Assembly (NCBI GenBank): GCA_963666515.2
Contig: OY762897.2
Span: forward strand, 448,001-512,000
Direction of reading: 5' to 3'
Length of the DNA stretch: 64,000 nucleotides
From: Candidatus Binatia bacterium
Lineage (GTDB): Bacteria; Desulfobacterota; Binatia; UBA9968; JAJDTQ01
This document shows, one piece after another, positions 48,941 through 58,413 of this stretch. Both the position numbers and the translations under genes were made by a program. The notes beneath the pieces are model-generated. The model was not told the DNA's origin and searched no databases. It saw nothing but the letters and a program-made list of their open reading frames with translations. The stretch's first letter is position 1; each line of letters begins with the position of its first letter.

Positions 48941-51184
48941 CTATCGCCGGTTCCTTTGCAGCCCACGGTATACCTTTTCCGCGGTTACCGGAATATCGTA
49001 GACCCGCACGCCGACGGCGTCGGCCACGGCGTTGGCGACGGCTGCCGGCGGGTTGTTGTTGGCGAACTCGCCGATGGCCTTGCCGCCGTAGGGAGCGAGC
49101 CCGCCGGTGGATTCCACCAGCACCGTCTCCAGGCGCGGGATGTCTTGGATGCCCGGCAGCTTGTAGTCGCCCAGGTTGGCGTTGGCCACCTTGCCGTTGT
49201 CCAGCGTGAGTTCCTCCATGACCGCCTGGCCCAGGCCCATGACGACGCCGCCGTCGATCTGGCCCTGGTGGGTGATGGGGTTGATGACAACGCCCACGTC
49301 GTGGGCCGTGACGATGCGCTCGACCCGGGTGGCGCCGGTCTCCGGATCCACCTCCACCTCCGCCACCTGCGCGCACACGTAGGTGGTCTCGTCGGGGTAG
49401 CGGAAGTCTTCTTCCACCGTGACGATGCGGTCGTCGGGATGCCGGGCCGCCACCTGCGCCAGGGTCACGCTCTGTCCCGGTTCCGCGCGTAGCGAGAACG
49501 TGCCTTCGGCGTAGGCCACGTCCGCGGGGTCGCATTCCAGCATGTGCGCGGCGTGGGCCGCGAGCCTGTCGCGCAGCTCGTTGCAGGCGCGCTCCAGCGC
49601 CAGGCCCGCGACGTAGGTCACGCGGCTGGCGCGGGCGCCTGTGTCGTAGGGCACGGTGTCGGTGTCGCCCGTGGCGACGCGCACCTGTTCCAGCGCCAAC
49701 TGCATCTGCTCGGCCACGAGCTGGCGCAGGATCGTGTGGGTGCCGGTGCCCTGGTCCACGGTGGGGCTCAGCACGGTCAGCGTCCCGTCGGTCTCGGCGG
49801 TGACGGCGATGCCGGTCTCGCCGCCGGAGATGTGCCGGCCGTAGATGGCCACGCCGCGGCCGCGGTTGGGGCCGGAACGGGGCGCGTGCCAGTCCGCGGC
49901 CTCCAGCGCCCGCGCCAGCACGGTGTGGACCTGCAGGCCGGGGAGGCGCTTGCCGATGGCGTCCTCCTCGTTGTCGCGCAACACGTTCTGAAGCCGGAAC
50001 TCGCCCGGGTCCATGCCCAGCTCCCGCGCGAGGAGGTCGGTGTGGGACTCCAGTGCGAAGAAGGTCGGGATGGATCCCGGACTCCGGTAATAACCTCCCG
50101 GCGTGGTGTTGGTGTAGACCTGCAGGAACTCGAACTCGGCGTTCTCCACCCGGTAGAGGCCGCCGACGTAGTGCCAGGTGGCGAACGACGCGCTGGCCTT
50201 GGGGCCGCCGTAGGCGCCGCCGGCGTGCCATGCCTTCAAGCGCCGCGCGACGATGCGGCCGTCCCGCGTGACGCCGCTACGAATGGTCATGACCGTGGCC
50301 TCGTCCGGGTTGCTGGCGGTCAGCTCTTCCGCGTAGGTCATGACGATCTTCACCGGCCGCCCGGATTCGCGCGCAAGGAAATAGGCCACGGGCAGGTCGC
50401 GCGCGTCGCCCTTGCCGCCGAACTCGCCGCCCACGTTCACCGAATGGACGCGGATGCGGGCGTGTTCCATGCCGAGGGTGTCGGCGAGCATGCGGCGGGT
50501 GCGGAAGGGGTCCTTGGTGGAGGCCCACACCTGCACGCGGCCGTCGGCATCGATGGAGAGCAGCCCGGCATGGGGCTCCAGGTAGCCCTGGTGGCGCCCG
50601 GGTATGCGGAAGGTGTGCTCCAGCACCACGTCGGCGTCGCGGAACCCTTGCTCCACGTCGCCCTTGCTCCAGCTCAGCCGGGTGAGCCCGTTGCGCACGT
50701 CGGTGGCCAGGCGTTCGTGAGGGGCGCCGTCGTAGCCGGCGACGTCGTCGTGGAGCAGCGGCGCGTCGGGCGCGGTGGCGGCCACCGGATCGAACACCGC
50801 GGGAAGCACTTCGTAGTCTACCTCGATGAGGCCCAGGGCCGCCTCCGCTTCCTCGGGCGTGTCCGCCGCCACCGCTGCCACGCGGTCGCCGACGTAGCGT
50901 ACCTTGTCCCAGCACAGCGCCGGCAGGTCCCGGATCTGCTTGCCCATGTAGTGGTTCGGGACGTCCAGCCCCGTGACCACGGCCCGGACCCCGTGCGCGG
51001 ACCGTGCGCGGCCGGCATCGATGGAGCGGATGCGCGCGTGCGGATGCGGGCTCCGCAGGATCTTGCCCCAGAGCATCCCCGGAAGCGGCACGTCCGCGGC
51101 GTAGCGGGTGCGCCCGGTGACCTTGTCGGGCCCTTCGGCGCGCAGCACCGCGGTGCCGACGATTTTCGTATCCGGCATCTCCAC
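48941..51184 (-). CDS. xanthine dehydrogenase-family molybdopterin-binding large subunit (orphan)
   Basis: DKVTG, LRSPHPHARI, YLEPH, VGGEFGGK, YRSPG, GQIDGG, GKAIGE. Confidence 0.9.
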   Translation of the reverse strand: MEMPDTKIVGTAVLRAEGPDKVTGRTRYAADVPLPGMLWGKILRSPHPHARIRSIDAGRARSAHGVRAVVTGLDVPNHYMGKQIRDLPALCWDKVRYVGDRVAAVAADTPEEAEAALGLIEVDYEVLPAVFDPVAATAPDAPLLHDDVAGYDGAPHERLATDVRNGLTRLSWSKGDVEQGFRDADVVLEHTFRIPGRHQGYLEPHAGLLSIDADGRVQVWASTKDPFRTRRMLADTLGMEHARIRVHSVNVGGEFGGKGDARDLPVAYFLARESGRPVKIVMTYAEELTASNPDEATVMTIRSGVTRDGRIVARRLKAWHAGGAYGGPKASASFATWHYVGGLYRVENAEFEFLQVYTNTTPGGYYRSPGSIPTFFALESHTDLLARELGMDPGEFRLQNVLRDNEEDAIGKRLPGLQVHTVLARALEAADWHAPRSGPNRGRGVAIYGRHISGGETGIAVTAETDGTLTVLSPTVDQGTGTHTILRQLVAEQMQLALEQVRVATGDTDTVPYDTGARASRVTYVAGLALERACNELRDRLAAHAAHMLECDPADVAYAEGTFSLRAEPGQSVTLAQVAARHPDDRIVTVEEDFRYPDETTYVCAQVAEVEVDPETGATRVERIVTAHDVGVVINPITHQGQIDGGVVMGLGQAVMEELTLDNGKVANANLGDYKLPGIQDIPRLETVLVESTGGLAPYGGKAIGEFANNNPPAAVANAVADAVGVRVYDIPVTAEKVYRGLQRNRR

Positions 51185-51241
51185 TTCCTCAGGAAAGTCC
51201 GGGCTGGGCAGGTAGCACGGGTTTCGATAGCCGGTGCGGCG

Positions 51242-52981
51242 TCACGATTCCGGCATGAGCGAACGCCGGCCGAACCACCAGAAGATCAGGATGAGCGGCG
51301 TCAGCACGCCGGTCATGACCAGCGTGACCGCGGCGGCCAAGCTGGTGGCGCTGGAGTTCCAGTAGCTCCAGATCACCGCGGGGAGCGTGATGTTGTCGTG
51401 GCTGATGAGGAACGCCGCCACGGTCAGCTCCCGGTACACCAGGATGGCGGACCAGATCCATACCGACATGATGGTGGGGCGCAGCAGCGGCACGAGGATA
51501 CGCCAGGAAGTCCGCACCGGGGACAGGCCCGAGGTGTAGGCCGCTTCCTCCAGTTCCTTGTGGATCTGGAGCAGCGAGCTGTTGAGGGCGCGGGTGGCAA
51601 AGGCCAGCCGCGACACCACGTAGACGATGGCGATGAGCCACACCGTGCCGTAGAGCGGCAGGAAGCCCTTGAGCACGAACAGCGACAGCAGCAGCGCGGC
51701 GATGGCCAGGATCACCTCCGGCAGGGCGTGGGGCAGGAACGCGCCGAACTCCAGAACATAGCGGTAGCGGCTGCCGGAACGCACGATGAGCCAAGACATG
51801 GCGAAGGCGACCACCAGGGTCACGGTCGGCACCAGCGCCACCAGCAGCACGGTGTTGGTGAGCCCCCGGTAGACCAGATCCCAGTCGACCCGCTCGAAGG
51901 CGATAAAGGACATGCGGCTCAGCATTTCCCAGGAGGGCGGCGCCACGTACGGGGTCAGCGCGACATAGGCGATGAGCAGCAGCGGCAGCAGCTTGGAGGC
52001 GACGACGTAGAGGCCGATGAAGGCCCAGCCCACCCAGCCCCAACGGCCCAGGTCCACCAGCGTGGGGCGGTAGCCCTTGCCGGTGACGACCTCGTAGCGA
52101 TGCCCCTGGCGCAGCACCGAGCTGTACCACCAGGTCAGCAGCACGGCCACGCCGATCATCAGCACGCCCAGCGCCGCGGTGACCCCGTGTTCCGGGAACT
52201 CGTCGTCGCCGGGGTTCGTCTTGAGGTAGACGAAGGTGCTGAGCATGTAGACGCGGTTGCCGAGGCCGATGATCGCCGGGATGTCGAAGGTGGCGATGGC
52301 GATGGTGGCGATGTAGATGACCGCGGCCAGGATGGCGGGGAAGGCCAGCGGCAAGGTCACCCGGCGCAGGGTGGCGAAGAAGCTCATGCCGTGGATCTTG
52401 GCGGCCTCCTCCAGCGACGGGTTCATGGCGCGGAACATCTGCGCCGTGAGGATGAACGCCAGCGCCGCGAGACTGAGTCCCTGCACGAACCCCATGCCCG
52501 TCGGCGTGGCGATGTTGAAGGGTCCCTGCTCGAGGCCGAACGTGCCCACCAGCCAGCGGTTGACGAAGCCCATGCGCTGGTGCGCCATGAAGGTCCACCC
52601 CATGGCGGTGTAGATGCCGGGAATCAGCAGCCCGAGGGTCATGGTGGCGTACACCAGACCCTTGCCGGGTAGGGTGGTGCGCTCGGTGAGCCAGGCGATG
52701 GGCAGCCCGATGACCAGCGCCACCAGCGTGGTGACGATGGTGAAAATCAGGGTGTTGAGAGTGACCCGGGCGACGAAGGCGTCGCCCAGCAGTTCGGCGT
52801 AGTTGTCAAGGCTGTAGTTGGCCTCGAAGCTGCCCAGGATGCCGGTCTGGAAGCTGATCCACACCAGCACGGCCACCAGCACGAAGATCACCACCAACGG
52901 GATGCTGGCGAGCCCCGTGAGAAGCGGGGACGCTTTGGGCCGGAGGGCGCGAAGCCGCGGCCAGCCTAAGACGTGTTCCAT
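51242..52981 (-). CDS. ABC transporter permease (FbpB-like, duplicated TM domain)
   Basis: Two EAA loops (SLEEAAKIHG, ELEEAAYTSG). Confidence 0.9.
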   Translation of the reverse strand: MEHVLGWPRLRALRPKASPLLTGLASIPLVVIFVLVAVLVWISFQTGILGSFEANYSLDNYAELLGDAFVARVTLNTLIFTIVTTLVALVIGLPIAWLTERTTLPGKGLVYATMTLGLLIPGIYTAMGWTFMAHQRMGFVNRWLVGTFGLEQGPFNIATPTGMGFVQGLSLAALAFILTAQMFRAMNPSLEEAAKIHGMSFFATLRRVTLPLAFPAILAAVIYIATIAIATFDIPAIIGLGNRVYMLSTFVYLKTNPGDDEFPEHGVTAALGVLMIGVAVLLTWWYSSVLRQGHRYEVVTGKGYRPTLVDLGRWGWVGWAFIGLYVVASKLLPLLLIAYVALTPYVAPPSWEMLSRMSFIAFERVDWDLVYRGLTNTVLLVALVPTVTLVVAFAMSWLIVRSGSRYRYVLEFGAFLPHALPEVILAIAALLLSLFVLKGFLPLYGTVWLIAIVYVVSRLAFATRALNSSLLQIHKELEEAAYTSGLSPVRTSWRILVPLLRPTIMSVWIWSAILVYRELTVAAFLISHDNITLPAVIWSYWNSSATSLAAAVTLVMTGVLTPLILIFWWFGRRSLMPES

Positions 52982-53026
52982 GGGGGCTGCGGGCGGGCCG
53001 CCGGCCCGCCCGCGTCCTCTGCGCCG

Positions 53027-54145
53027 CTAGTTGGTCTTGCCTTCCGCCAGGATCTTCTCGAGCTCCTTGCGGGTCTTGCGATACGTGGTCTGGCTCCCCA
53101 GCCATTGCGGTGAGTTCACGACCACCTTGGCGCCTTGGGCCTTGGCCGCATCCAGCGTCTTGCGCTGGTGGGACTCCTTATAGAGGTGGAAGTCCAGGCC
53201 GTTCCTTTCCCACATCCACTTCTGGCCTTCCGGCGTGTGCAGGTACGCCACGAAGAGGGCGGCAGCGGCGGGAGACTGCGAATGCACCGGCACGGAGCCG
53301 TAGCGCGTGTGGGAGACCACCGCCTCCTTCACCACCGCGTAACCCAGCGGGACTCCTTCTTTCGCGTACCGGTTGACGTACTGGTCACCGCAACTGAACA
53401 CCAGCATGGCGAACTCGCCGCTGGTGAGCTTGTCGACCGAGCCGCACCGGATCAGCCCGCCGATCTGCTTGGCGAGCTTCTTCGTGTAATCCACCATGAC
53501 TTCCTTGCCCAGGAGATCGTCCATGGCGAACTCACGCACGCCCGCGGCATAAGGGGTGGAAGCGATCTTGCCCTTCCACTTGGGAGCGAGGACGTCGTGC
53601 ATGCTCTTGGGGATGTCGTCGCCCTTCACCACGTCGGAGTTGAACATGATGCCCACGAGCGTCGAGGCGGAGGCAAGCGCGATGCCCTTGGGGCCCACGG
53701 GATCGAAACCGGGCTCGGGGTCCAGCATCGGCCGGCCGAGGTACGCCTTCCAGGGCAGCGAGCGCGTCAGCCCCACCTTGCTGGCCTGCAGCACGCCTCC
53801 GGAGTTGCCCCAAACGACGTCCGTGCTGGCGGGCTGTCCGGCCTTCATCTCACGGGTCAGACTGCCGATCATGCGGGTCATGGACGGGCCCGGGGTGAAC
53901 TTCGGCTTGAGGTTGGTGCCGTACATCTTGTTCATGGCGGCGACGACCTCCGAGAAGCCCTTGCCGCCGCTCAGGCTGGACGACGACCACATGGCCCTGA
54001 TGGTCGTCTCTTTCTTGGCGGCCTCCACCAGCTCCTTCAGGTTCTTGGGAGCGTCGGCCGCGTAGGCCCCGGCGACCAGGAACAGCGAACAGAGAGCCGA
54101 ACATAGGGCGATGGCCCACCTTCGGTTGCGTTTGAGATCGAGCAT
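53027..54145 (-). CDS. ABC transporter substrate-binding protein
   Basis: AGGAGG RBS before ATG 54145; signal peptide ending AYA; PKS--DVL-PKWKGKI, SPEGQ-like TPEGQ. Confidence 0.85.
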   Translation of the reverse strand: MLDLKRNRRWAIALCSALCSLFLVAGAYAADAPKNLKELVEAAKKETTIRAMWSSSSLSGGKGFSEVVAAMNKMYGTNLKPKFTPGPSMTRMIGSLTREMKAGQPASTDVVWGNSGGVLQASKVGLTRSLPWKAYLGRPMLDPEPGFDPVGPKGIALASASTLVGIMFNSDVVKGDDIPKSMHDVLAPKWKGKIASTPYAAGVREFAMDDLLGKEVMVDYTKKLAKQIGGLIRCGSVDKLTSGEFAMLVFSCGDQYVNRYAKEGVPLGYAVVKEAVVSHTRYGSVPVHSQSPAAAALFVAYLHTPEGQKWMWERNGLDFHLYKESHQRKTLDAAKAQGAKVVVNSPQWLGSQTTYRKTRKELEKILAEGKTN

Positions 54146-54328
54146 CAGCCTCCTCCTTTTGGGTGTTGGGTTTCTGACACGGACTCCCTTGTACCAGTTT
54201 TCCGGGCTAGTGCAAACCACGGGTGCAGGAGGACTCCGGGGTCTCCATTACCCGTCTTGGAAGCTGGCCAATGGCGGCGCGGCACTGGATCACGTCATGA
54301 GGGGTTCAAATGGCACCTGCGGTGTTTC

Positions 54329-54373
54329 GTCAAAACATAACTTGTCAAAATATGACTTGTCAAAACATGACTT
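54329..54373. repeat. three tandem 15-bp direct repeats
   Basis: GTCAAAACATAACTT / GTCAAAATATGACTT / GTCAAAACATGACTT. Confidence 0.9.
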
Positions 54374-54400
54374 GACTATTTTACCGGACGCGGATACGCT
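54372..54400 (+). promoter_or_regulatory. putative leaderless sigma70 promoter
   Basis: TTGACT-17 bp-TACGCT, 6 nt before ATG 54407; no RBS. Confidence 0.6.
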
Positions 54401-54406
54401 GTGTTC

Positions 54407-55822
54407 ATGGCCGGTTTCATCGGGCGCGCCGCGGAGTTGGGCCTCTTGGAAAAAGCTTTCCTGTCGAAGCGTTCCGAGTTCATCCCGATCTATGGCCGGC
54501 GCCGGGTAGGCAAGAGCGAGCTTATCCTGAAATTCATGGCGGCAAAGCCGGGTGTGTATTACCTTGGGCAGCAGGCGCCGGCCGCACTACAGGTCCGAGG
54601 GTTCCTGGAGGAGGCCGCAACCGCGCTCCGAATGCCGCTGCTAGCCGAGCTCCGGGCGGCCGATTGGCGGGGGGCGCTGCTCACGGTGGTCGAGCAGTGG
54701 ACCGCGGCGCACCCCGGCGCCAAGTTGGTGCTGGCATTGGACGAGTTCCAGTGGATCGCGGCTTCGAGCCCGGACATTCTCGGGACCCTGCAAGAGTGCT
54801 GGGATCGACACTGGAAACGCGCCGGCAACGTCGTGCTGGTGCTGTGCGGCTCTTACCTGGGCTTCATGGAACGGGAAGTGCTCGGTCATGCCAGCCCATT
54901 GTTCGGGCGCCGCACGGCACAGCTCCACCTGCAGCCTTTCGACTACCGGGAAGCTGCCAGGTTCCATCCACGCTGGTCGCTCCCGGACCGTGCCCGGGCG
55001 TACTTTCTCGTCGGCGGACTGCCGCAGTATCTCCTCTGTCTCGACGAATCCGCATCCGTCGCCCAAAACATTCGCCGGAATCTTCTGGACGAGTTTGCTC
55101 CGCTGTTCCATGAACCCACTTTCCTGTTGCGCGAGGAGCTTCGTGAAGTCGCTCCGTACCATGCCATCCTGTTCGCGGTCGCGTCCGGGCACGGCAACGC
55201 CCGCGACATTGCCGCGGCGACGGCGTTGCCGGAACGCAACCTCTACTACTATCTCCAGCAATTGGTGGACTTGGGCTACCTGCGGCGGCGCTACCCGCTG
55301 GATCGCCGCCGGCCGAACGCGAAGCAGGTGCGCTTCGCCATGGACGATCCGCTGCTTCGGTTCTGGTTCCGGTTCGTGTTTCCCAACATGAGCGTCATTC
55401 GCGGCGCCGGCCCGGCCCGCGCTTTCGAGGACCGCATCGCGCCGGCCCTCGATGCCTGGTTCGGGAGTTGCTTCGAGGGCCTCTGCCGGGAGGCGCTACC
55501 GCTCATCTACGCGGCCGAAGGGGTGTCGGCCGGCTTCGAAGTGGGCGAGTACTGGGGTGCCAACGTGCAGATCGACGTCGTGGGCATGCGCGACGACAAC
55601 TGGACCGATCTCGGCGAGTGCAAGTGGGGCTCGGTGAACTCGTCAAGAAGGCTAGAAGCCGAGTTGGAACGGAAGGTCGCGCTCTACCCCAACAGCCGGG
55701 GCGCAAGCCTGGGACGCCGCTACTTCGTCCGACGCAAGCCCGCCGGAAAGGACGGGGCACGCGGCTGGTATTCGTTGGAGGATCTGTATGCGCTCGATGG
55801 CCCGCCGGCTCATCGCCGGTGA
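54407..55822 (+). CDS. archaeal-type ATPase (ATPase_2) with wHTH and DUF234 PD-(D/E)XK domain
   Basis: FIGR--EL, Walker A YGRRRVGKS, Walker B LALDEFQ, LCGS, GGLP-YL, DPLLRFWFRFV, QIDVV...GECKW. Confidence 0.88.
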   Translation: MAGFIGRAAELGLLEKAFLSKRSEFIPIYGRRRVGKSELILKFMAAKPGVYYLGQQAPAALQVRGFLEEAATALRMPLLAELRAADWRGALLTVVEQWTAAHPGAKLVLALDEFQWIAASSPDILGTLQECWDRHWKRAGNVVLVLCGSYLGFMEREVLGHASPLFGRRTAQLHLQPFDYREAARFHPRWSLPDRARAYFLVGGLPQYLLCLDESASVAQNIRRNLLDEFAPLFHEPTFLLREELREVAPYHAILFAVASGHGNARDIAAATALPERNLYYYLQQLVDLGYLRRRYPLDRRRPNAKQVRFAMDDPLLRFWFRFVFPNMSVIRGAGPARAFEDRIAPALDAWFGSCFEGLCREALPLIYAAEGVSAGFEVGEYWGANVQIDVVGMRDDNWTDLGECKWGSVNSSRRLEAELERKVALYPNSRGASLGRRYFVRRKPAGKDGARGWYSLEDLYALDGPPAHRR

Positions 55823-55833
55823 CCACGATTCGG

Positions 55834-56949
55834 CTAGCCCTGCTTGCCGACGGAATTGACGAACGCCGTGTTCTTCTCGTCGGCCGCAAACACCATGACG
55901 TCCTCGGGCGCCACGCGCAGCCGCAACGTATCCCCGCGGGCCGTCGGGACGGCGCGGCTCTTGCCGGTGAGAAGGATGTCGCCCGCGGTCGCGTCGTAGA
56001 CGAACTGGTCGCCCAGGAACACGCTGGAGGTCAGGCGCGCCTCGAAGGTGTTTTCGCCTTTCTCGTCAGAGGGCTCGGCGTACTGGATGCACTCCGGCCT
56101 GAAACCAACGAACACATCCTCACTCGGTTCGGTGCCGCCGGACGGGCGGAATCGGCCGATCCTGGTCTCTACCAGGTTGCCCTCCACGCGCCGGCCGGGG
56201 AGCCAGTTGACCGAGCCGAAGAACTCGGCCACCTCGGTGCAGTTGGGGCTGCGGTAGAGGTCCATGGGGCTTCCGTATTGCAGCAGCTCGCCCAGGCTCA
56301 TGAGGGCGATCTTGTCGGCCATGGCCATGGCCTCGATCTGGTCGTGGGTGACGTACAATACGGTGGCGCCGAGCTGCTTGGCCAGATCGCGGATGCGCCC
56401 GCGCACGTCCTCGCGCAGGCGCGCGTCGAGGTTGCTCAGGGGCTCGTCCATGAGCAGCACCTTGGGGTTCACGGCGATGGCGCGGGCCAGCGCCACCCGC
56501 TGCTGCTGGCCGCCGCTCAAGAGCGTGGACGGGCGCTCGATCTGCTCGTCGAGCTGCACCATGTGGAGCGCGTTCCGCACCCGGTCGTTGACCTGCTGGC
56601 GGGGAATCTTCTGGGCGCCCTCGCGCAAGGGCAGGGCGACGTTGTCGAACACCGTCAGGTGCGGCCACACGGCGTAGGACTGGAACACCATGCCGAAGTT
56701 CCGGTCCTGGGGCGGCACCCACACCGGCGGGTCGTCGCCGAACACGGTGCGGTCGGCAATGCGGACCTCGCCGCTGTTGGGGGTCTCGAGTCCCGCCACG
56801 CAGCGCAGCAGCGTGGTCTTGCCCGAGCCGCTGGCGCCGACGATGACGAAGAACTCGCCTTCCTCCACGTCGAGGTCGAGCTTCTTGAGCGCCGCGACCT
56901 TGCCGTCGGTGACGATGAACTCCTTGCGCAGTGCCCTGATCGTGATCAT
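55834..56949 (-). CDS. ABC transporter ATP-binding protein
   Basis: GASGSGKTT, LSGGQQQRVALARA, LLMDEP, YVTHD. Confidence 0.95.
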   Translation of the reverse strand: MITIRALRKEFIVTDGKVAALKKLDLDVEEGEFFVIVGASGSGKTTLLRCVAGLETPNSGEVRIADRTVFGDDPPVWVPPQDRNFGMVFQSYAVWPHLTVFDNVALPLREGAQKIPRQQVNDRVRNALHMVQLDEQIERPSTLLSGGQQQRVALARAIAVNPKVLLMDEPLSNLDARLREDVRGRIRDLAKQLGATVLYVTHDQIEAMAMADKIALMSLGELLQYGSPMDLYRSPNCTEVAEFFGSVNWLPGRRVEGNLVETRIGRFRPSGGTEPSEDVFVGFRPECIQYAEPSDEKGENTFEARLTSSVFLGDQFVYDATAGDILLTGKSRAVPTARGDTLRLRVAPEDVMVFAADEKNTAFVNSVGKQG

Positions 56950-57066
56950 GCGCCTTGTCCCTACCGCCGTGGGGCAGTGGTGTCAACTGGTAGACTCCCC
57001 ATGTGCCTTTTGGTAATTAGACTGGATTCCCGCCCCCGATCAGGGGCGGTAAACGGGAGACCAACA

Positions 57067-58413
57067 TTGCATCAAGACCTGAGAGAATTCCTTGACGTGC
57101 TGGAACGCGAGGGCCAGTTGCTGGAGGTGAACCGGGAGGTGGACACGCGCTTCGAGGTCGCCGCCGGCATCCGCAAGAGTTCGGACGTGGGCGGTCCGGC
57201 GCTGTTGTTCAACAACGTCAAGGACCATCCCGACTGGCGCGTGCTGGGGGCGCTTTACGCCACCCGGCGGTTGGTGGCGCTGGGGCTGGGGGTCACCGAG
57301 GACAAGCTGCTGGAGCGCTACCTGACGCTGGAGGACCAGCGCATCCCCTCCGAGATGGTGTCCACCGGTCCGGTCAAGGAGGTGCGCTGGACCGGCGACG
57401 ACATCGACCTGGAAAAGCTTCCCATCTGCGTCCATTCGGAGAAGGACTGCGGCGCTTACGTCACCATCGGCGTCCAGATCGGCAAGGATCCGGACACGCG
57501 CATTCCCAACGTCTCCATCCACCGCATGTTGCGGCTGGGCAAGGACCGGCTGTCCCTGTGGGCGCCGCCGGACCACCACCTGGGGCGCATGATCCTCAAG
57601 GCCGAGGACCGGGGCGAGGGGCTGGAGGTGGCCACGGCCATCGGCGTGGACCCCGCCATCATCATCGGCTCCCAGTCCCGGGTTCCCTACGGCGTGGACG
57701 AGTTCGCGGTGGCGGGCGGCCTGCGCGGCGCGCCGGTGCAGTTAACCAGGTGCGACACCATCGACGTGGACGTTCCGGCCCACGCCGAAGTGGTGATCGA
57801 GGGCGTGACCGTCCCCGGCGAGCGGGTGTCGGACGGCCCCTACGGCGAGTACCCCGGCACCTACAGCGAGAGCAAGCAGGCACCGGTGGTCCAGGTCACC
57901 GCCATCACCATGCGTCGCAACCCCATCTACGAGACCTGCCTCACGGGCATGCCGGTGACCGAGAACCATACCCTCATCGAATGCGCCAACGCGGCGCTGG
58001 TCTACCGCACGGTGTCCGCCATCACCCCGGAGGTCAAGGACTTCAGCGTCAGCGCCGGCGGCACCTTCCGGCACCACGCCGTGGTGTCCATGCGCAAGCG
58101 CCACGACGCCGAGGCGCGCAACGTCATCCTGGCGCTGCTGGCCACCGGCGCGGGCTTCAAGCGCGTGGTGGTGGTGGACGAGGACATCAACGTGCACGAC
58201 CCGGTGGACGTGGAGTGGGCGGTGAACACGCGGGTCCAGCCCGACAAGGACGTCATCATCGTCCCGAACCTGGCCATGTCCACCCTGGACCCCTCGGCCC
58301 CGGCGCCGCGCACCACCGCGGTGTGGGGCATCGACGCCACCATGCCGCTCAAGGACAACGAGTACTACCGGAAGGTCCAGGTGCCCGGCGTGGACAAGGT
58401 GGATTACATTTGA
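57067..58413 (+). CDS. UbiD-family (prFMN-dependent) decarboxylase
   Basis: TTG start after GGGAGA; DLREFL, GPALLF, NVSIHR, AEVVIEG, DGPYGEYPG, VVVDEDI, GIDAT. Confidence 0.9.
   Translation: MHQDLREFLDVLEREGQLLEVNREVDTRFEVAAGIRKSSDVGGPALLFNNVKDHPDWRVLGALYATRRLVALGLGVTEDKLLERYLTLEDQRIPSEMVSTGPVKEVRWTGDDIDLEKLPICVHSEKDCGAYVTIGVQIGKDPDTRIPNVSIHRMLRLGKDRLSLWAPPDHHLGRMILKAEDRGEGLEVATAIGVDPAIIIGSQSRVPYGVDEFAVAGGLRGAPVQLTRCDTIDVDVPAHAEVVIEGVTVPGERVSDGPYGEYPGTYSESKQAPVVQVTAITMRRNPIYETCLTGMPVTENHTLIECANAALVYRTVSAITPEVKDFSVSAGGTFRHHAVVSMRKRHDAEARNVILALLATGAGFKRVVVVDEDINVHDPVDVEWAVNTRVQPDKDVIIVPNLAMSTLDPSAPAPRTTAVWGIDATMPLKDNEYYRKVQVPGVDKVDYI

Noticed and set aside
54329-54373. CRISPR array or iterons
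   Set aside because: Units are 15 bp, contiguous and spacer-free; no cas or rep gene present.
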